This document shows, in pieces, positions 1 to 60,400 of a stretch of DNA of 64,000 nucleotides. The stretch comes from Tubiluchus corallicola (Eukaryota > Animalia > Priapulida): positions 1-64,000 of the forward strand of contig JAQGDQ010000097.1 in NCBI GenBank assembly GCA_030141605.1. The letters are read 5' to 3'. Below the pieces are notes generated by a model. The model ran no database searches. It was not told the DNA's origin and saw nothing but the letters and a program-made list of their open reading frames with translations. The translations under genes were made by a program, and so were the position numbers. Position 1 is the first letter of the stretch. The number at the start of each line of letters is the position of its first letter.

Positions 1-21
1 ATTACTGAAATTGCATTTCAG

Positions 22-45688
<45,667 letters not shown>

Positions 45689-46949
45689 AAACTGTCTTGA
45701 TATTTTTTCCACTGACAGCAAAATTTATGAGCCATTTATCTCAATTTATACTTTTCATAAACTTGATAGTAATGCCATGCTTGTGCGTTACAGGTTTCTA
45801 AATACAACAACAAGTTGTCCCTATGAAGCATAATTGCAAAAGCAAAATTTGCTCAAGATCTGACGTTAAACCAATGCAAACCATTTTTCGATACATAAAT
45901 GTGGTTCACGAGTCTCATTTCTGAATGTATGAAAATGAATAAACTTTCTGGGTGCTAACATTTCAGGGTGCTAATGTTATCAAGTTTCCTTACTTTTGGC
46001 TGCAGTCTACCGTGTACACCTTTCACTGGCCCCCTTGTGACTGGAATAAATTGTGTCCGATACATTTTGTTCTTCAAGGATAATCAGAAGTACAACCATG
46101 CCACAATGACTAAATCTAATAGTGGAAAATATATGCATTTTGTATTAATTGTAAAAATGCATTAATCCTAAATCAATATCCCACATTGCAAAAATATTCT
46201 ACTTCTGTTAGTCTAAAGAACTAGCTGAAAGTCGTATCCAAATATTAGAAACCTTCTTTATGATTTTTAACTTTGAATCTCGTCTAAAGGTGCTGTAATT
46301 CATTGCTTTTAGTATGAAAGTAGTGCAGAATAATGAAAATTAAAGACTTCTTTCGATTGTTTTGTGTAGTAATCATTTTGGTTTTTAGATACTTTTTAAA
46401 ATCAAATGGTTAGTAATTGTTTATGGTGAAAGATTTTAAACATTGTCAAGTATTTTATGTACTTTCACAGATGTGTTGTGGGTTTGCTAAAATCAAACTA
46501 TTGTGCCTGTTTTATAATTGACTAATGATATACATATTTAAAAGTATTGTTAACTAGTAAGATGTGTATATTTTTCCTAGTTTAAAAATTGACCATTCCA
46601 GTAGATTGTGATAAAATTATAACCTTGTATTATAGTTAATAGACTTGATATTTTTATGGATTATTTTAAATTGATTTGTAATATTTTTTGAGCGTGTAAG
46701 CATATTAACATGGATTTCATACAATTTTTAAACTACTAATAACAATAGAGAAATACTAGGAACACAAACTTGTCTTGCAAATTGTTTTTAGTTTTTACTG
46801 GAGAATCACTGTAAAGAATTTGCCAGACATTTTTGGGCCTAGAATACTAATCATAAAAAATGTGCTGCCATTTTTGTATCATGTCTTTTTACCAGCAGCT
46901 CATTCATGTTATCGTTGTTAACAATTTTTATTGTAGCTTGTAATTTAAA

Positions 46950-46955
46950 AATAAA
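46950..46955 (+). promoter_or_regulatory. Candidate polyadenylation signal of the spectraplakin gene
   Basis: AATAAA followed by T-rich sequence ~1.26 kb after the stop; alternative hexamers at 45938 and 46045. Weak evidence in AT-rich DNA. Confidence 0.3.
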
Positions 46956-47118
46956 GTTCGAAAAAAATGTTAATTTTATTGGTGCAAGCATATTTATTGA
47001 ATTATTTACATTTGATGCCGTCTATGTGCTTCTACGTTCTAAAACATGGCATGTTCCACCTGTTGATGCTATGAATTCCTGTTCACCTGCACTGCCTACG
47101 ATATCTCATCTCTCAAAT

Positions 47119-47440
47119 CTAAATTGTATTTGTTAAATTTTTTTGTAGTATACCTATATACGCAAGTACTTGACCGCCTCTCGGCTTTTTTGTCATTTCA
47201 AGAGTTTTACTAATGATGTAGGAAGAGGAGACTCCAGAGGTAGTTAGTGCATGTCCGATCCAATGCAATCTTCTTGCTTGGATTTGTTTACTCCAAGGAT
47301 TCTTCACCACATCATACAGATCAACATTTGATATTTTGTAAGGCCATTTAATATCTAACAATTTTCTACAAAGATATCTGAAAAGCATCAATTTGCTTCT
47401 GCTGTTTAACTTTTATTGTCCATAGCCAGCATTGTAACAA
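47119..47440 (-). mobile_element. Decayed LINE (RTE-like) C-terminal fragment
   Basis: Translation RKLLDIKWPYKISNVDLY...IQARRLHWIGHAL...KKPRGG matches the IxW..ISNxxLY...RRLxWxGH post-RT signature. Confidence 0.72.
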
Positions 47441-48074
47441 AACATTTGATTGTATTTCTCTTAAATTATTCATAAAACATCAGGCTGCAATAGGTGACAA
47501 GTGTTTGCAACTGTGACGAGGAGTATGTATGTGTGAAGTACTTTAGTCTATGTAGATTAGGTAAGAGAGAGAGAGACTGTAAAAGTGATTCTTAAGTCCA
47601 GTTGTTAGAAACCGAAAGGGAACAAGCCTTTAGAAATAGCTAACAACAATTAATTACTAATACATTAATTGCCAAGAAACGGCTAACAACAATTACCAAT
47701 ACATTAACTGCTAAACTCGCTCTGCATAATTTTTTCAGTTTATTTCAACATATGTACAACATTTTTTAAATTTTAAATTTCATAACGATAATAAAACTGG
47801 TACGTTTCTTATGCACTAGTGCATCATTTGTAAACAATTACAGAATAAGATGGAAATAATTAAAACAATACTAGCAAGACCTTGTAGACCGTAACATAAC
47901 ATAACTTCGTGCCAATAAAATAATCAATAACAGGCGAACATTAACAGTAGTGCCTTTTTTATGCAACTAAAATAATGGATAGCATTTTCCTAAGACACTG
48001 TACAACTTTGAGTGAGAAAACACGAAATTGGAAAACCAAATTTCACTATTCCCATTCAGTCTAGTGGAGGTCAC

Positions 48075-48348
48075 TGCTTTCTCAACCCGGAAATAAGTTT
48101 AATTTTTCTTACAAAAAACCCGAAAACATCCAAATGTCAACTTTTTTGTAAAGGGTTTTTCGCAAATTTTTGCAAAAGTCGGCCAAATTTTAAAAAAAGT
48201 AAACCGACAGTTGCTTTCTCAACCTAGAAATGAGCTTATTTTTCCTTCTGAAATTTCAAAAAGAAATGAAAAAATCAGCTATTCCATAAGTGTTTTTTTG
48301 CAAATTTTTGCAAAGTCTACCTAACTTCTGAAAAGTGAACTGACAGTG
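48075..48348. repeat. Diverged ~137-bp tandem duplication
   Basis: TGCTTTCTCAACC..GAAAT...GCAAATTTTTGCAAA...GACAGT at 48075 and 48212. Confidence 0.7.
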
Positions 48349-49755
48349 TAAACCTCGCTGAAAAAAGCAGTATGTTTACAACATACCTCAAGAAGGATGA
48401 ATTACCGAGCAATATTTAACACAGCATCACACTCAGTTGACACTGTTCCGTTCTCTGAATTACGATGTTTTAAGTTTTGCAAAAACAAACAACCGAAGAA
48501 AGTGATAAAACTGACTATTTTATGTTTCCCGCTCTTTTTCCAGATGGCACAAATTAAAAATACGCCACATATAGGAAGACCGAATATTTCCTTTACATAC
48601 TTCATTTTAAGAAGTAGCTGGTGTTTTAGCAGCCTTAAACTACTAGGGTTAAAAATTATATGCAATAGTTTTCATCAGTTTGAAAAACAAAATGACTTCA
48701 AGATATTGAAATTCCTATCGTAAAAACTAATAAATTTTTAAAACATTTTTAATTTGAGATCATTTTCTAATTTGTACATTTTGAATTGTAATATTCACTT
48801 TATAAATGAAAAAAGAATTCAAAGCTTTAATTTCCATCACATTTGTACCACCATTTCTACAACTACTTCTAGGTGATATAAATAAATAAATACAATATAT
48901 ACATCAAACATAATATATTTTAAATTAAGAGAAGGGAATTTATAAAATTTAAAAGTGAAACAATTTTATTATGCTAGCCATAAAATTTGATCAGCAGAAC
49001 TTATTTAGGGGAGAAGTAACGAATATAATAGTCTAATACTAAGACACTAGTTTATAACTATTGTCACATGGATAAAGTCAAGTACACTAAAGGGGCTTAA
49101 TAAGAAATGTCAACTGTTGTGTGTTTTGCACGCCTTTTCTACTTTATATCGAAATTTAAATGTACATCGACAGTAAATTTGATGTGGTAGCTCAGCGCTT
49201 TGAAATGAATTAACTACTAACAATTTATTAACTTACAGATGTTAACAAAGAGACTTTAGCTGGCGTGCCAGCAAATTTCAGAAAATTGTTAAACTAAATA
49301 GCTACAGAACCTTACTGTCGTTGTATGTAAATAGCCAATTTGAATGATACTCCAATAACAATTTGTGAACGATTAACAAAAATTAGTAGTAGTTACTCAA
49401 CCCCAATTATTGCAATTAATAATGTCTTTTAAAAAAAACTCAAATTAATAATATCTGAAATACATGCTGTCCAATTATAAAGCCAATTCCTTCATTCACA
49501 CAGGCATCCCAAGCAACTCATTTACTGAGGTAAGCATATCTGAACTTATCTAGGTAACACCAATCAACAAACTTATACCATCAAGACTCTCCAATTCAAA
49601 ACTGTGTGCATTTAATAAGTAATAGCAATAAGATAGTACAAATCTTTGCACATTCCAGATACCAGTATTCACTAACATGCTGGAATGTACTGAAGTTTCA
49701 TCTATACAGTCATACCAAAATACTTGCGACCAAATTAATGGGGATTCTTAACAAG

Positions 49756-50700
49756 CAGTAGCGTAGCTGGGGGGGGGGGGGAGCAGGTGAGGCGGGTCGC
49801 TCCAGTTGGCGTTTTTCAGAGGGCAGCATTGTGATCCAGTGCAACGAAAAAGTTCATTCTGTCAGAGCAGTAAAAAAGCAAAACACCCAACAATTTAATT
49901 TTCCATGAAAACACTGCTTACAGGTCTTGCGAAGATGATAATTAGTAATTTAATATCATTGTAATATTTGTAATGCAGTTTGTCTTTGCTTTTAAAGTGT
50001 CTGTGTGGTATATACAGTTTCAGTTAACTGTAGAATACATTTTATAATAACACTTGTAGCTTCAAGCTTACTTACATAAAATTTTGCACACATTTTAACG
50101 ATGTATTTGTCATTGGTGCTTGGTTTCTATAACACTTATGTCATTGCTAGTTACATTGTCATTCCTTGCATAATAATGATTGTGATTTAGTGACTTTTTG
50201 GCTTTGGCTCACCAAATCAGTTTAAAAATTTTTGAATACCTCTGTCAGCATTAGAATTAAAATATCATCGTTTGGCATAATTATTTGTGGATCTACAAAC
50301 TAATTTACAAACAGTAATTTCAACTTTATATTTCGAATATTTTGAAAACTTTTACTTTACTTCAATCAACTGTTAACATATTCAAAATTCCCCCGGTAAA
50401 CACAGCGGCATCTTAAAAGTCATTCTAGAATGGTCTTCAACTACCATTACAATGCTCTTTTCTGCGTTAACATTTGAAGAAGCTTTTGAGCTTCGTAACT
50501 TTTGAGATTCGAAACATAAAGGGCGAATTCATTTCTTAACAAACTGATTTTTTTCAGTAAAACATACTATATTATTTTATCAATTTATCTCCACAACTTA
50601 TCGCAACTGCAAGGCAACACTGGGAAATTTTACAAAACTAAAATTTTCCTACATAAACATTTCCGTGGGAGGATCACCACAAGCTCTAGCTATGCCACTG
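49756..50700. mobile_element. Non-autonomous hAT-like DNA transposon (945 bp)
   Basis: TIRs CAGTAGCGTAGCT / AGCTATGCCACTG (11/13); 8-bp target duplication TTAACAAG (49748-49755) / TCAACAAG (50701-50708). Confidence 0.8.
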
Positions 50701-51422
50701 TCAACAAGTTACACCAAAAACAAAGTTGTGGGAAATTTAAATGCTTTTACAGATTACGATTTTCTCAAATAACTTGCAGAAGAGTATACTAGAAAAATTA
50801 CTCTTGGATCTACATTTTATTGGAAGAAAAACAATCCAGCGTGTCTCTCTATGTAATTAGAAAACATCTTAATAGGTAGACTTTTACGTGTTTAATCTAT
50901 AAAATATAGGGAATCTGCATTCGCAAAAAAATGTTAGAAAGAATTTGAAACAAAGTGCAATGAGCACCTCGTGTGATTAGTAAAATCATTTTAAAGTCGC
51001 GATCATTTCACGCTGTTGAACGCCTATTTATCTACCAACTAGCAAAGAAGCAGAAGTATAATAAGTTTTTACAAAAAATTAGATAGCAATTTTTTTGATA
51101 TTTTTTGCATGAACGTAAGGTAAGCTGCAGAAGTCTGAATTAGTTTAAGCAGCATGCACTAATGGAAGACCGCAGTGCACCTACAGAAAGTCATACATCC
51201 ACCAGTTACACCATAATTTTCAAGTGCATGGTGGCTACCACTGTTTCTGAAAATTTCTTCATAATGTTAGCATAGATTAACTTTATGCTTAAGAGACAGT
51301 CTTTTGCAAATTTCTTTGTTAAATTTTTTTAAATTTAAGTGACAGGTGTAAAATAAACCTATCATGTTCAATAACATTTCATTTCCTTTAATACTATTTA
51401 TGTAATACGTCTAAACATAATA

Positions 51423-54400
51423 TTAAGACCGGTACCGCGAGTAACTGTTCCCCTCACATGTTCCAGATTTTTCCATTTCTGCAGAGCTTCCAGCTTGCTC
51501 AATCATTGTTTCGGCTAACGTATGCAAGTTCTGCTCGGGAGACGCTACTGTGTCAACTCCAGGTAAAGATTCCCGGTCTTGCGGTTGACTCTCAGATGTA
51601 GTAATTAATCTCTCTTTTCTGACCGTCACTCCCGTTCGAGCATCGATGATTGTAACCTCATCATCGTCATCTCTGCAAGTTTTTGGATCGTTAGTGGGGG
51701 GCACGTCTTCCGCATCGGTAATGGACGTGTCACTCTGCAAAATTTTTAGATTAGATTAAATTTTAACGTATTCGTCTCATTTTAAACAATATAATAATAT
51801 ACAATATTTCATTATGGTAATAATCATTGCACTGAGACAGCTGGTGAAAGACCATGAGGTTACCTAGCAACCACGCCTATTTATGCAACATTACTATTAA
51901 TTAAGTTAATCGAATGACACTAATAGGAACTTGTTGCGAGACTTATAAGTTTTATAAATATATAACACAATCGCATTAGTAACTTAAAAAAGATATTTTT
52001 GTTATTAATTGCTTAAAGCCTTTTGTTATTATGTATATAATATATATTTATAAATAACTGAGTAGTATAATAATTAGTCTGCAGAATGTTTGCAAACTAA
52101 CCGGTAAACCAAATGGAAATACCTTATACAGTTACAATAGACATAGCGCAGTAATATGAGACATTAACAGTTGACAGTTTATATAGGTCAAAAACAAATC
52201 AATCACAGTTTCACAATTATAACAATTATGTATATAATGATGACAAATGTAGATATATATTTATTCTACATGTAGCATTGCTATTATTAAAAGTGAATTT
52301 TTGTGACACTAAAAAGTGGTTTTGTGTCATCACAAGAGATTATTGTAATGTTAGTTTAGACACTTAGGTACAGATTACAGTTTCATCTATCATATACCAG
52401 GTATTTTAAAGCATATAGAATACTACAACTCATCTACAAATGAAGCATGAAGCAAATTTTTTATTTTTGTACAAATGTTTGAGCAGATTGCGGGAGTTCT
52501 AAAATTTTTTAAATTCCGAATATTTTAAATTTTAATCAATTATATTTATGTTAGAAGCCATAAATTTTAGTTATTGTACGTCGATATCTTATAGATTAAT
52601 ACTGTTGACGGTATTGTTTAAGCAACAAAAATAAAACTAAAAGAATATGTGTAAACAATTATCTAAAGTTGTTTCAGGGAAACATATCCTGTATTGATGT
52701 TAAGAATACTCTTGCTATGATATCATTGTGAACACCATTCATTTTCTTGCATTTTCATAACTTTGGTCCAAAAATGCCACAATTTTGTCATTTTTCATCA
52801 AAAATAAATCACGAATAACAAATTTTGGAAACCAGCACCCATCACGGTTTCATCACGATCAAAATAATAAAAAATTAGCTTCAAGGGGTAACTATAGTAA
52901 CTCGAAAAAACATTACTAAAATGTCATGTTAAAAAATTGTAATCATTTGTTTATGAGAACATTGGTTTAAAAGGGGCACAAATATCGTTTTTTGCAACAA
53001 CACATTCAATAAAAACATTCATATTGATAAAAATCAAGTCAAAAGCAATGTTCAAGTACCTTGTCAGCATTCAGCGTTTGGTGTAGCACTGCTGTGTCAT
53101 TTTTAGCTGATGTATTTTGCTGTTCATTTGCTGACAGCTGCGCCAGCGTCACAGGACAGTAGCGATGTAACAGCAGCAAAGACTTCAAAGAGGCAATCTC
53201 TTTGCGTAGCTTGTTTACTTCTTTCTGTAATGCCAAAAATTTTTGTAAAACAAAACCTCTGACTAGGTTTTCACTTTGTGCAAATTTCAGTGGTTATACA
53301 TTTATGTAGTCTTTTTAAATTTTATACTAATTAAATGTAACTTAATCAATTACTTATTAAGCACAAAATGTGTATTTTAATGTTTTTCTTGTTTTAAACG
53401 TCTTAATATTTTGAGAAATTGTTTAAATTTTTAAAGTAAACAAAATCTGTCATACGGCTTAGAAAGGTCGAAATTGGCGTCTTAATACCAAAAAATAAAA
53501 TAAATTGTACAAAAAAGAAATTTGCTGTTTGTGCAACTTGTACTTTGTATTACAAATGCGAAAAATAAATTACTTTGATTACATAATAACTAATCACATA
53601 AGCATTGTAATAATAAATTGATTAAAAGCGTTGTTTGCTGGTTTTATTTCAAGAATTCTCTTAACAACAAGCTGACTTCTGCCCAAAGTTATAAATGAAA
53701 ATACTGTTCCACATTTTGACAATAATGCATGCAGTGCTCAAGACCTTAACATAGTGCAATAGTTGTTAGGTTAAGCAGCAGATAAGACAACAATTACTGA
53801 TATCTGATAATGTCATTTAAAAGTTATTCATAGATAAAAAAATGAGTTTAACTAAAATGGCTCATAAAATTTCGTCCAGTTTGAATTTTAAGTTTCAGTA
53901 AAGTAATAAGGCAACTTGTAACACTTGCCCTGTGCACGATACTAAACATGAGTATTAAATGACGCTACAGGCAAAACATTAGGCCAAAAGAATGCTTCTC
54001 ACATTGGCAGATGGAAAAATGCTACTTATTTTGAAATCGACAAAAATTGAAAGCACTAGTTGATTTTTGATTTCTAGTTGATTTGTTACATAATTTTCAC
54101 CGCTATAAAATTACACCGAGCAGTTTTACTGTTTGAACCCACAGTTCACAACATATATTCCAATAGTTTGCTAGGCTATTTATAAACAAAGAATCACGTA
54201 TCAACCTGTAAAGCCTGGTTGCTATGTGAAAGCTCATCAACTTTGGTTTCCAATGCAGATATCCACATTTTACGTTTCACGCGGCACCGCGTTGCTGCAG
54301 CTCTGCAAAAAGAAACAGTTCTTACGTAATGTCACCATGTTAGAAATCACTTCGCAATTCTTAACCAAAGTTTTTTCATTGCAGCACTAAAGTTACGTGT

Positions 54401-57400
54401 TATTACATATAGAAATAACTATAAAATATTTCAGAAGACAAAAAAAACATGTTTTTCGAAATGTTTATTTTAACGTTTGCACATGAGTATAATCTCCTAA
54501 AACTCTTTTTGTAATCGCTAACACCATAATGACTTTTTATTAAATTTAGAATGCTATTTTTCATTGTAAAGGTTTTTAAGGAGTCATTCTATTTTCTTAA
54601 AAACAGCCACACTATTTAGTTAGATGGATAAAGCACTTCTGGACTGATTAATAATTAAAAGCAATGTTCAGACTAACAATTACACAGATTTCTGGCAGCA
54701 GGACTACAGTGAATTAAATGAATGTTAAAACTCTACCTGTTCCTTTCCAGAATTTTTCTTCTTTTTTCATCCGGATCATCTTCAGAAGCTCGTCGTTTAC
54801 GGTTGCTGAAAACAATGTTAGAATAATGACAAAATGGCAAAACTTTGACTTCTTTATGAACAGTTCCTATTTTCTGGTTTCTTATTATCACAAACTAGCA
54901 AAACCCTCCAATACGAAAGCTGTTACTTAATAAATCTAATTAAAAATAGTTTAGTGACAGAAATGCCTTACCTGACAGGCTGTGTCGTAGTTACTATTTG
55001 CTGACCTTCGCTAACTCGTGGACTAGGTGTCTGTGCAGAGATATCATTTGATTTGATAGTACTACTGCTTCCTGCTTCTTGATTTCCTTGAGTTAATGCA
55101 GCCTTCAGCTTCTGCAAGAGAAAACAGGAATACAAAGTCAATTATGGCTGCTACTATCGCAGGCGTGCATTCCACTTAAAAGCAAAGCAGCCCAGGCAAA
55201 AAATGGCATTTGTGACTGTCTGGGAGTAAATTGGATAAAAAGTGCATAGGCAGAATTTCATTGTAAAAATGCTGCTGTTACTCATTCTATGGTGATTTGA
55301 GAAATCTCTGTTTAATGTTTCGCGGGAAAGAATAAAATTGTAATTGTAGCTGTAGTACATCGAAGACACATAGTAGTAACCAGAGAAGCAGAAGAATGAT
55401 ACCCTTTAATTGCAGGCATGAACAAACACATTAGTACATAATTCTGAAACTACAAAAAAAAAGCCGTGAGCTACAAAATCTCAGAAAAAAATTTCAAACT
55501 TTTGAAAAAGTATGGACACTTTGGACTTCAACAAGATTCTTTAAAAACACGATGGCTATGCAAATGATTCAATTCTTTACCAGTTGCAAGACGAGTTTTA
55601 CAAACAATTATTTCTACAAATCATTCACAATTTTAAAACCATGCCAAACTATTCAATAAAAGCTTTCAAGACAATGGAAAATGAAGATAAAATTTGGCAG
55701 TTGAAAAAGAATATGATATGTGAGGGGTAGTACATTAAGAAACTAATACTAACTAATGATAAGGTTATTAAAATTTTACTTGTTCTCAACACTTACTCTC
55801 TAGCAATTTTAATGTCCTGAATAACTTACTAATTTTGCCAGGGACATGTTTCCTGTTGTGGAAGAGACTGTCGCAGTTGTTGCCACTTTCGTAGTTTCAA
55901 CTTGAGTATGAATCGCTTGAGTTTCTATGACCCCAGTTGGAACCTTAATGAAAAAAAAACAAAGTGGATCTTTACCAGTAATTGCAAACATCCAGAAAAA
56001 CTTTAGCTGACTTAAACTGTCAACATTTTAAAGAATAATAAACAAGTGACATGAAAACTTATGCAGACTTAATCAAAACTGGGAATCCAGAATATCGTAA
56101 TGCTGAAGTTCATTTTACTGCACATTTAAACCATTTTTCATATTGCAGAATAATTACTGCCGGTTACGTTACCAGTACAGCCTGTCTTAAAGTACACCCG
56201 AAAACAAAATAAATTGGTAAATACATTAAATTTAAACAAAAAATTATGATTCTCAGCTAAAGTGGACTGTACAAAGTGTTCCCTCGCTACTTCGTTTATC
56301 GCAGACTCGCTGTTTCGCGGGTTTTCAAATATATTAATGTAAAATATTTATTGCTGTATTTTCGCTGTTTCGCGGGTTTTTGCGGTACTCCGTCTAAAGT
56401 ATATTTGCACATGCGTAGTACGCATTGTACAGTAATGTATAGATTTGATGAATTTTGCATACAACATCACAAAATGTATAAAAATATTAATTCTAACATT
56501 AAAAGAATATTATAAATCATAAAAAATTACCACTTACAGTAAATAGTGTATTTATTCGGCGGATGAATACACACCAAAAACGAAATGTAGTACTTGCGCC
56601 CGTTTGAGATGCTACTTGCCGACGTGAGATTTTTATGAACATTTAAGTACAGTTTTTAAAAGGTTCATGTATTCAATTATCGTGGGTGGGCCAATATAGT
56701 GTCAATATATGCCGAGTTTCTTGAGTCAACTGCCGACAGTTTTGTATACTTTTGGATAGGAACAGCCCATATTAAGCATTTTTGAGACAATCAGTTGATT
56801 GATTCTACATTACCTTGAGTCTAATACACGGTGCCTACTGTATTAGCTTAGTATCACTAAATACAGACAATCTGCATTTTCGGACCGACGTGCCCCGCTT
56901 TTGTCCGGCAAACCGAGATATGAGTGCAATTTGATAATAAAGTAAATGTTATGCACACAACGAAAAGAAGAATTAAAGTCGACGGGAGATGAGGCAAACA
57001 AATTTGAATTACAAATTTTTTTTCCAGCTACCCGAGTTTGAAATAAACTGTGTAACATACAATATGTTAAACGTAACCGCGATCACACATAATCAACGAA
57101 ATACACATAATCAAAGATACGCACATATGTATATGCAACACGATTGGAGTAATAAAAAAACAATTATTTTAACAGATACCTGCATGCAAGGTACAGCACT
57201 GCCATCTGGTAACTTGAGATATAGCTGTACAGGATTAACGTCCAATTGTAAAGGAGCTGCTGCAATGGTCTTAACTTGATCATTTTCCTAGATCATACAA
57301 TATAGATAAATACAGCCTCAAATATAATTATGCACTAAAGGCAAAGAGAGTTAGTTGATTTCTGTTTTGTTAGGATTCTTCTAAATTGTTATTATTAATA

Positions 57401-60400
57401 CAACAAAAATAGGCGTTTGCACTGTTCCTTAATTGCCCAAAATGTCTTAAAAAAGAAACTAAGCTATAGTCTGCACAAACAAAGGTACTACATCACGTTT
57501 TTGGAAAAGATTTGCAAAAAGAAAAATGCGCCACAAGTTCATGCACTCAGCAATTTTCAGATGCACAACAATCAACTTGCATGCCTTGACTTACTTTTGA
57601 TGGGTGCGGTTTGATTGGTTTTGGTGATACTGGCTTTGTGACTCCATCGCCGCTAGTCTCTAGAATTGTTGGGGATAACTGAGATGGCAGACGGATAAAA
57701 GTGGGCTGAGATGTGGCTATCATGTTAAATGGTGATAGCCTAGTGATTCCCGGATGAAGAATAACAGAAGGACTAGCTGGCGTAGGCTTTCTAGAAACAA
57801 AAAAGAAACGATTGCGAACAAATATTATCAGAAAAATTCCGTAAGTTTTTGAGTTTATGATTCAAGGTTTATCTACCATGTAGTAGTTATCATAGCTGCC
57901 AAAAATGCAAGAGCTCGTAGTAGTATGGATAAACAACTTCTTTTCCTCTTTGTAATTTATTCAATTGCAACTATAAAAACATCATTAAAAAATCTCTCAA
58001 GCACTGATAATGTGAACAAGTAAAAATTTATTTTTGACAACTTCACATTTTCATTAAAACAAACTGAAATAAATAATGTGATAAACTGGCATTTGCATCT
58101 CATTAATTAATTAATTAGTTAATTAGCTCATGTCCATTTCTCCTTATATCTAAATCACGAAGAATGTATATCAAAAATGTAAGCTTTAACAAAGGTGTTA
58201 ACTATATGCAAATTTCATTCATTACATTGTCCGCAGTTCAGTTTTGGAGCAGTCGTTTTGTTCTTTCTTCACAGATTCAGTTACTAGAAAAAAAACAATT
58301 TCAATTTTTACAAAGAAAATGTTTAAACAAACAAAATAAAATAAAATAAAAATGACTGATAATAAACTTTGGTGTTGAAATTGTTCATGAAATTAGCCAA
58401 ATCAGTGTACTTGATAAAAAAATTCATCGAAAAACCTTTTTCTTCAAGTAGTATTCTGAAGGTCATAAAAAATATTGCCAAACATTTTGTAGGCTTGAAA
58501 TGCTATCAACCTGAAAAGAAACTTTACATTATTTGATCCTAAAATCCACATCTGATAATTGAAAAAAATGTCTGAAAATCAATAATTTACTTAACTTAAC
58601 ACAAATGCTGACTGGACACCGCAATAATGTAATTACTTTTACCATTCAAAACCTAGTTTTTTAAAAATTAACACCTGAAGTTGATATGCCGTTGTGAGAA
58701 ATAAATCAAGACAGTTCATGATGTAACAACAACCAGTATTTTATATTTTGTAACTGTGTTAAATACATGTATTGAGAAAAACAAAACCTGATCAATCAAT
58801 TATGTCACATGTATGACAGCACTACTATAGCATTACTTTACTTCGATTTCATTCTGATACACTTATGAGAAAGTAACGTCGCCTGCCATGAAGTACAGAT
58901 TTACTCTTTAATTTACGTGTGTAATACGAAGTAAAATTACAATGTTAAAATTTTTACCTGTTATGACAGGTGGAGTAAGGATGTCAGGTGTATTGCCCAC
59001 AGAAGTACCAACGATTGCATGTTCAAGAGGAATGAGTGCTGGAGTGTTTAGAGTATCAGACTGATCAGACGGGTTGACAGACACAAGCAGCATTTTCTAA
59101 AACAAAACAATTCATACTAAAACCAGCACCGCCAGATATCTCAGTTGTTTCAAGACCTTGCAATCAAATCATTGTCCAAAAATAAAGCAAATGTTTTGGA
59201 TTTGGCTATTACAGATACTTAAATAGACCTACCAATTATGCCTGTCATGCTAATTGGCTCTTGCTAATTGAGCTTACTGTGGGGCCTCGTAGTAACAGAT
59301 CAATCAAATTTTCTCTCTGTTTTCCCAGCTCGGATCTTTTAACTACTATCATGTCATAGCTATTATATGACACACATCTATAATTTACCAGTATAATAAT
59401 CTTAGTGCTTAGGGTACGTCTTAGAACAGAAGAGAATAAAATGTATTAGAACAGAAGAGAGTAAAATTACCTTATCATAATGTAAACCTTCATTCCCCAC
59501 TAGGACAGTATATGTCGTTTAATAAGTTTGCTTCATTAACTGTAAATTAATAACTTGTTTACAGTATTACATACTTCATGATGCACAGAAAGCAGGTGAT
59601 GTTGGCCAGATGCATTAGCTGCTGCTGCTTTTCGGAACGACTCTTCAAAAGGATTCACAGGCAGGTCGCTGAACAGTGTTCCTTCTTCAGATCCCCGCAA
59701 AAAGCGCGTAGGAGTCGGCGTTTGATCAGCTGTAATGCAAAAAAGCAAATCAGCACGTTTTTATTGGGATACCAGTGCATCAGAATGGAGCATTTGCCAA
59801 AAAAATCACTTGTGATAATTTATATAAATATTCATTCTTAATATGAAAGGTAATTTTAGGATATTTTAGATGAAGAGTATTTGTACAATTATAACAAAAT
59901 AAAGAAATAGTTTCACCTGTAAATGCTATTGTGTTTAAATTTTTATTTCCAACTGCTAGTGTCATCTGATGCTTTTGCTTATGAACCATTAAATGATCTT
60001 CATTTGTAAACCCCTTAACAGAAGAAAAATATTATAAATGTAAGATGTATAGCCAGTTAAGCTCAACTATTGCAGGCAAAATAGCAACAATTTCACAGCA
60101 AGCCAGCTGATGACGTAAAATGTGAAAGACATTATGCAAAATAAAAGACAAGTCATCACCAGATGTGTAACTTATGACATAAGCAGTAAACTATGTATAA
60201 CTCGAACACCTCGGGACTGGAACATTTGTTCAAGTTAATCAGTTTGAGTTACGCGATAATTCGAGTTGCAGATTCTGAGTTACGCAATGTTTGGTAAAGT
60301 AAAGGGAAAAAACGAAACGGGAAATCTGTTCCACAAGATACGCAAGAATTCGAGTTATACCAGTTCGGGTTACAATACGTAGTTTACTGTATGCAAATGT

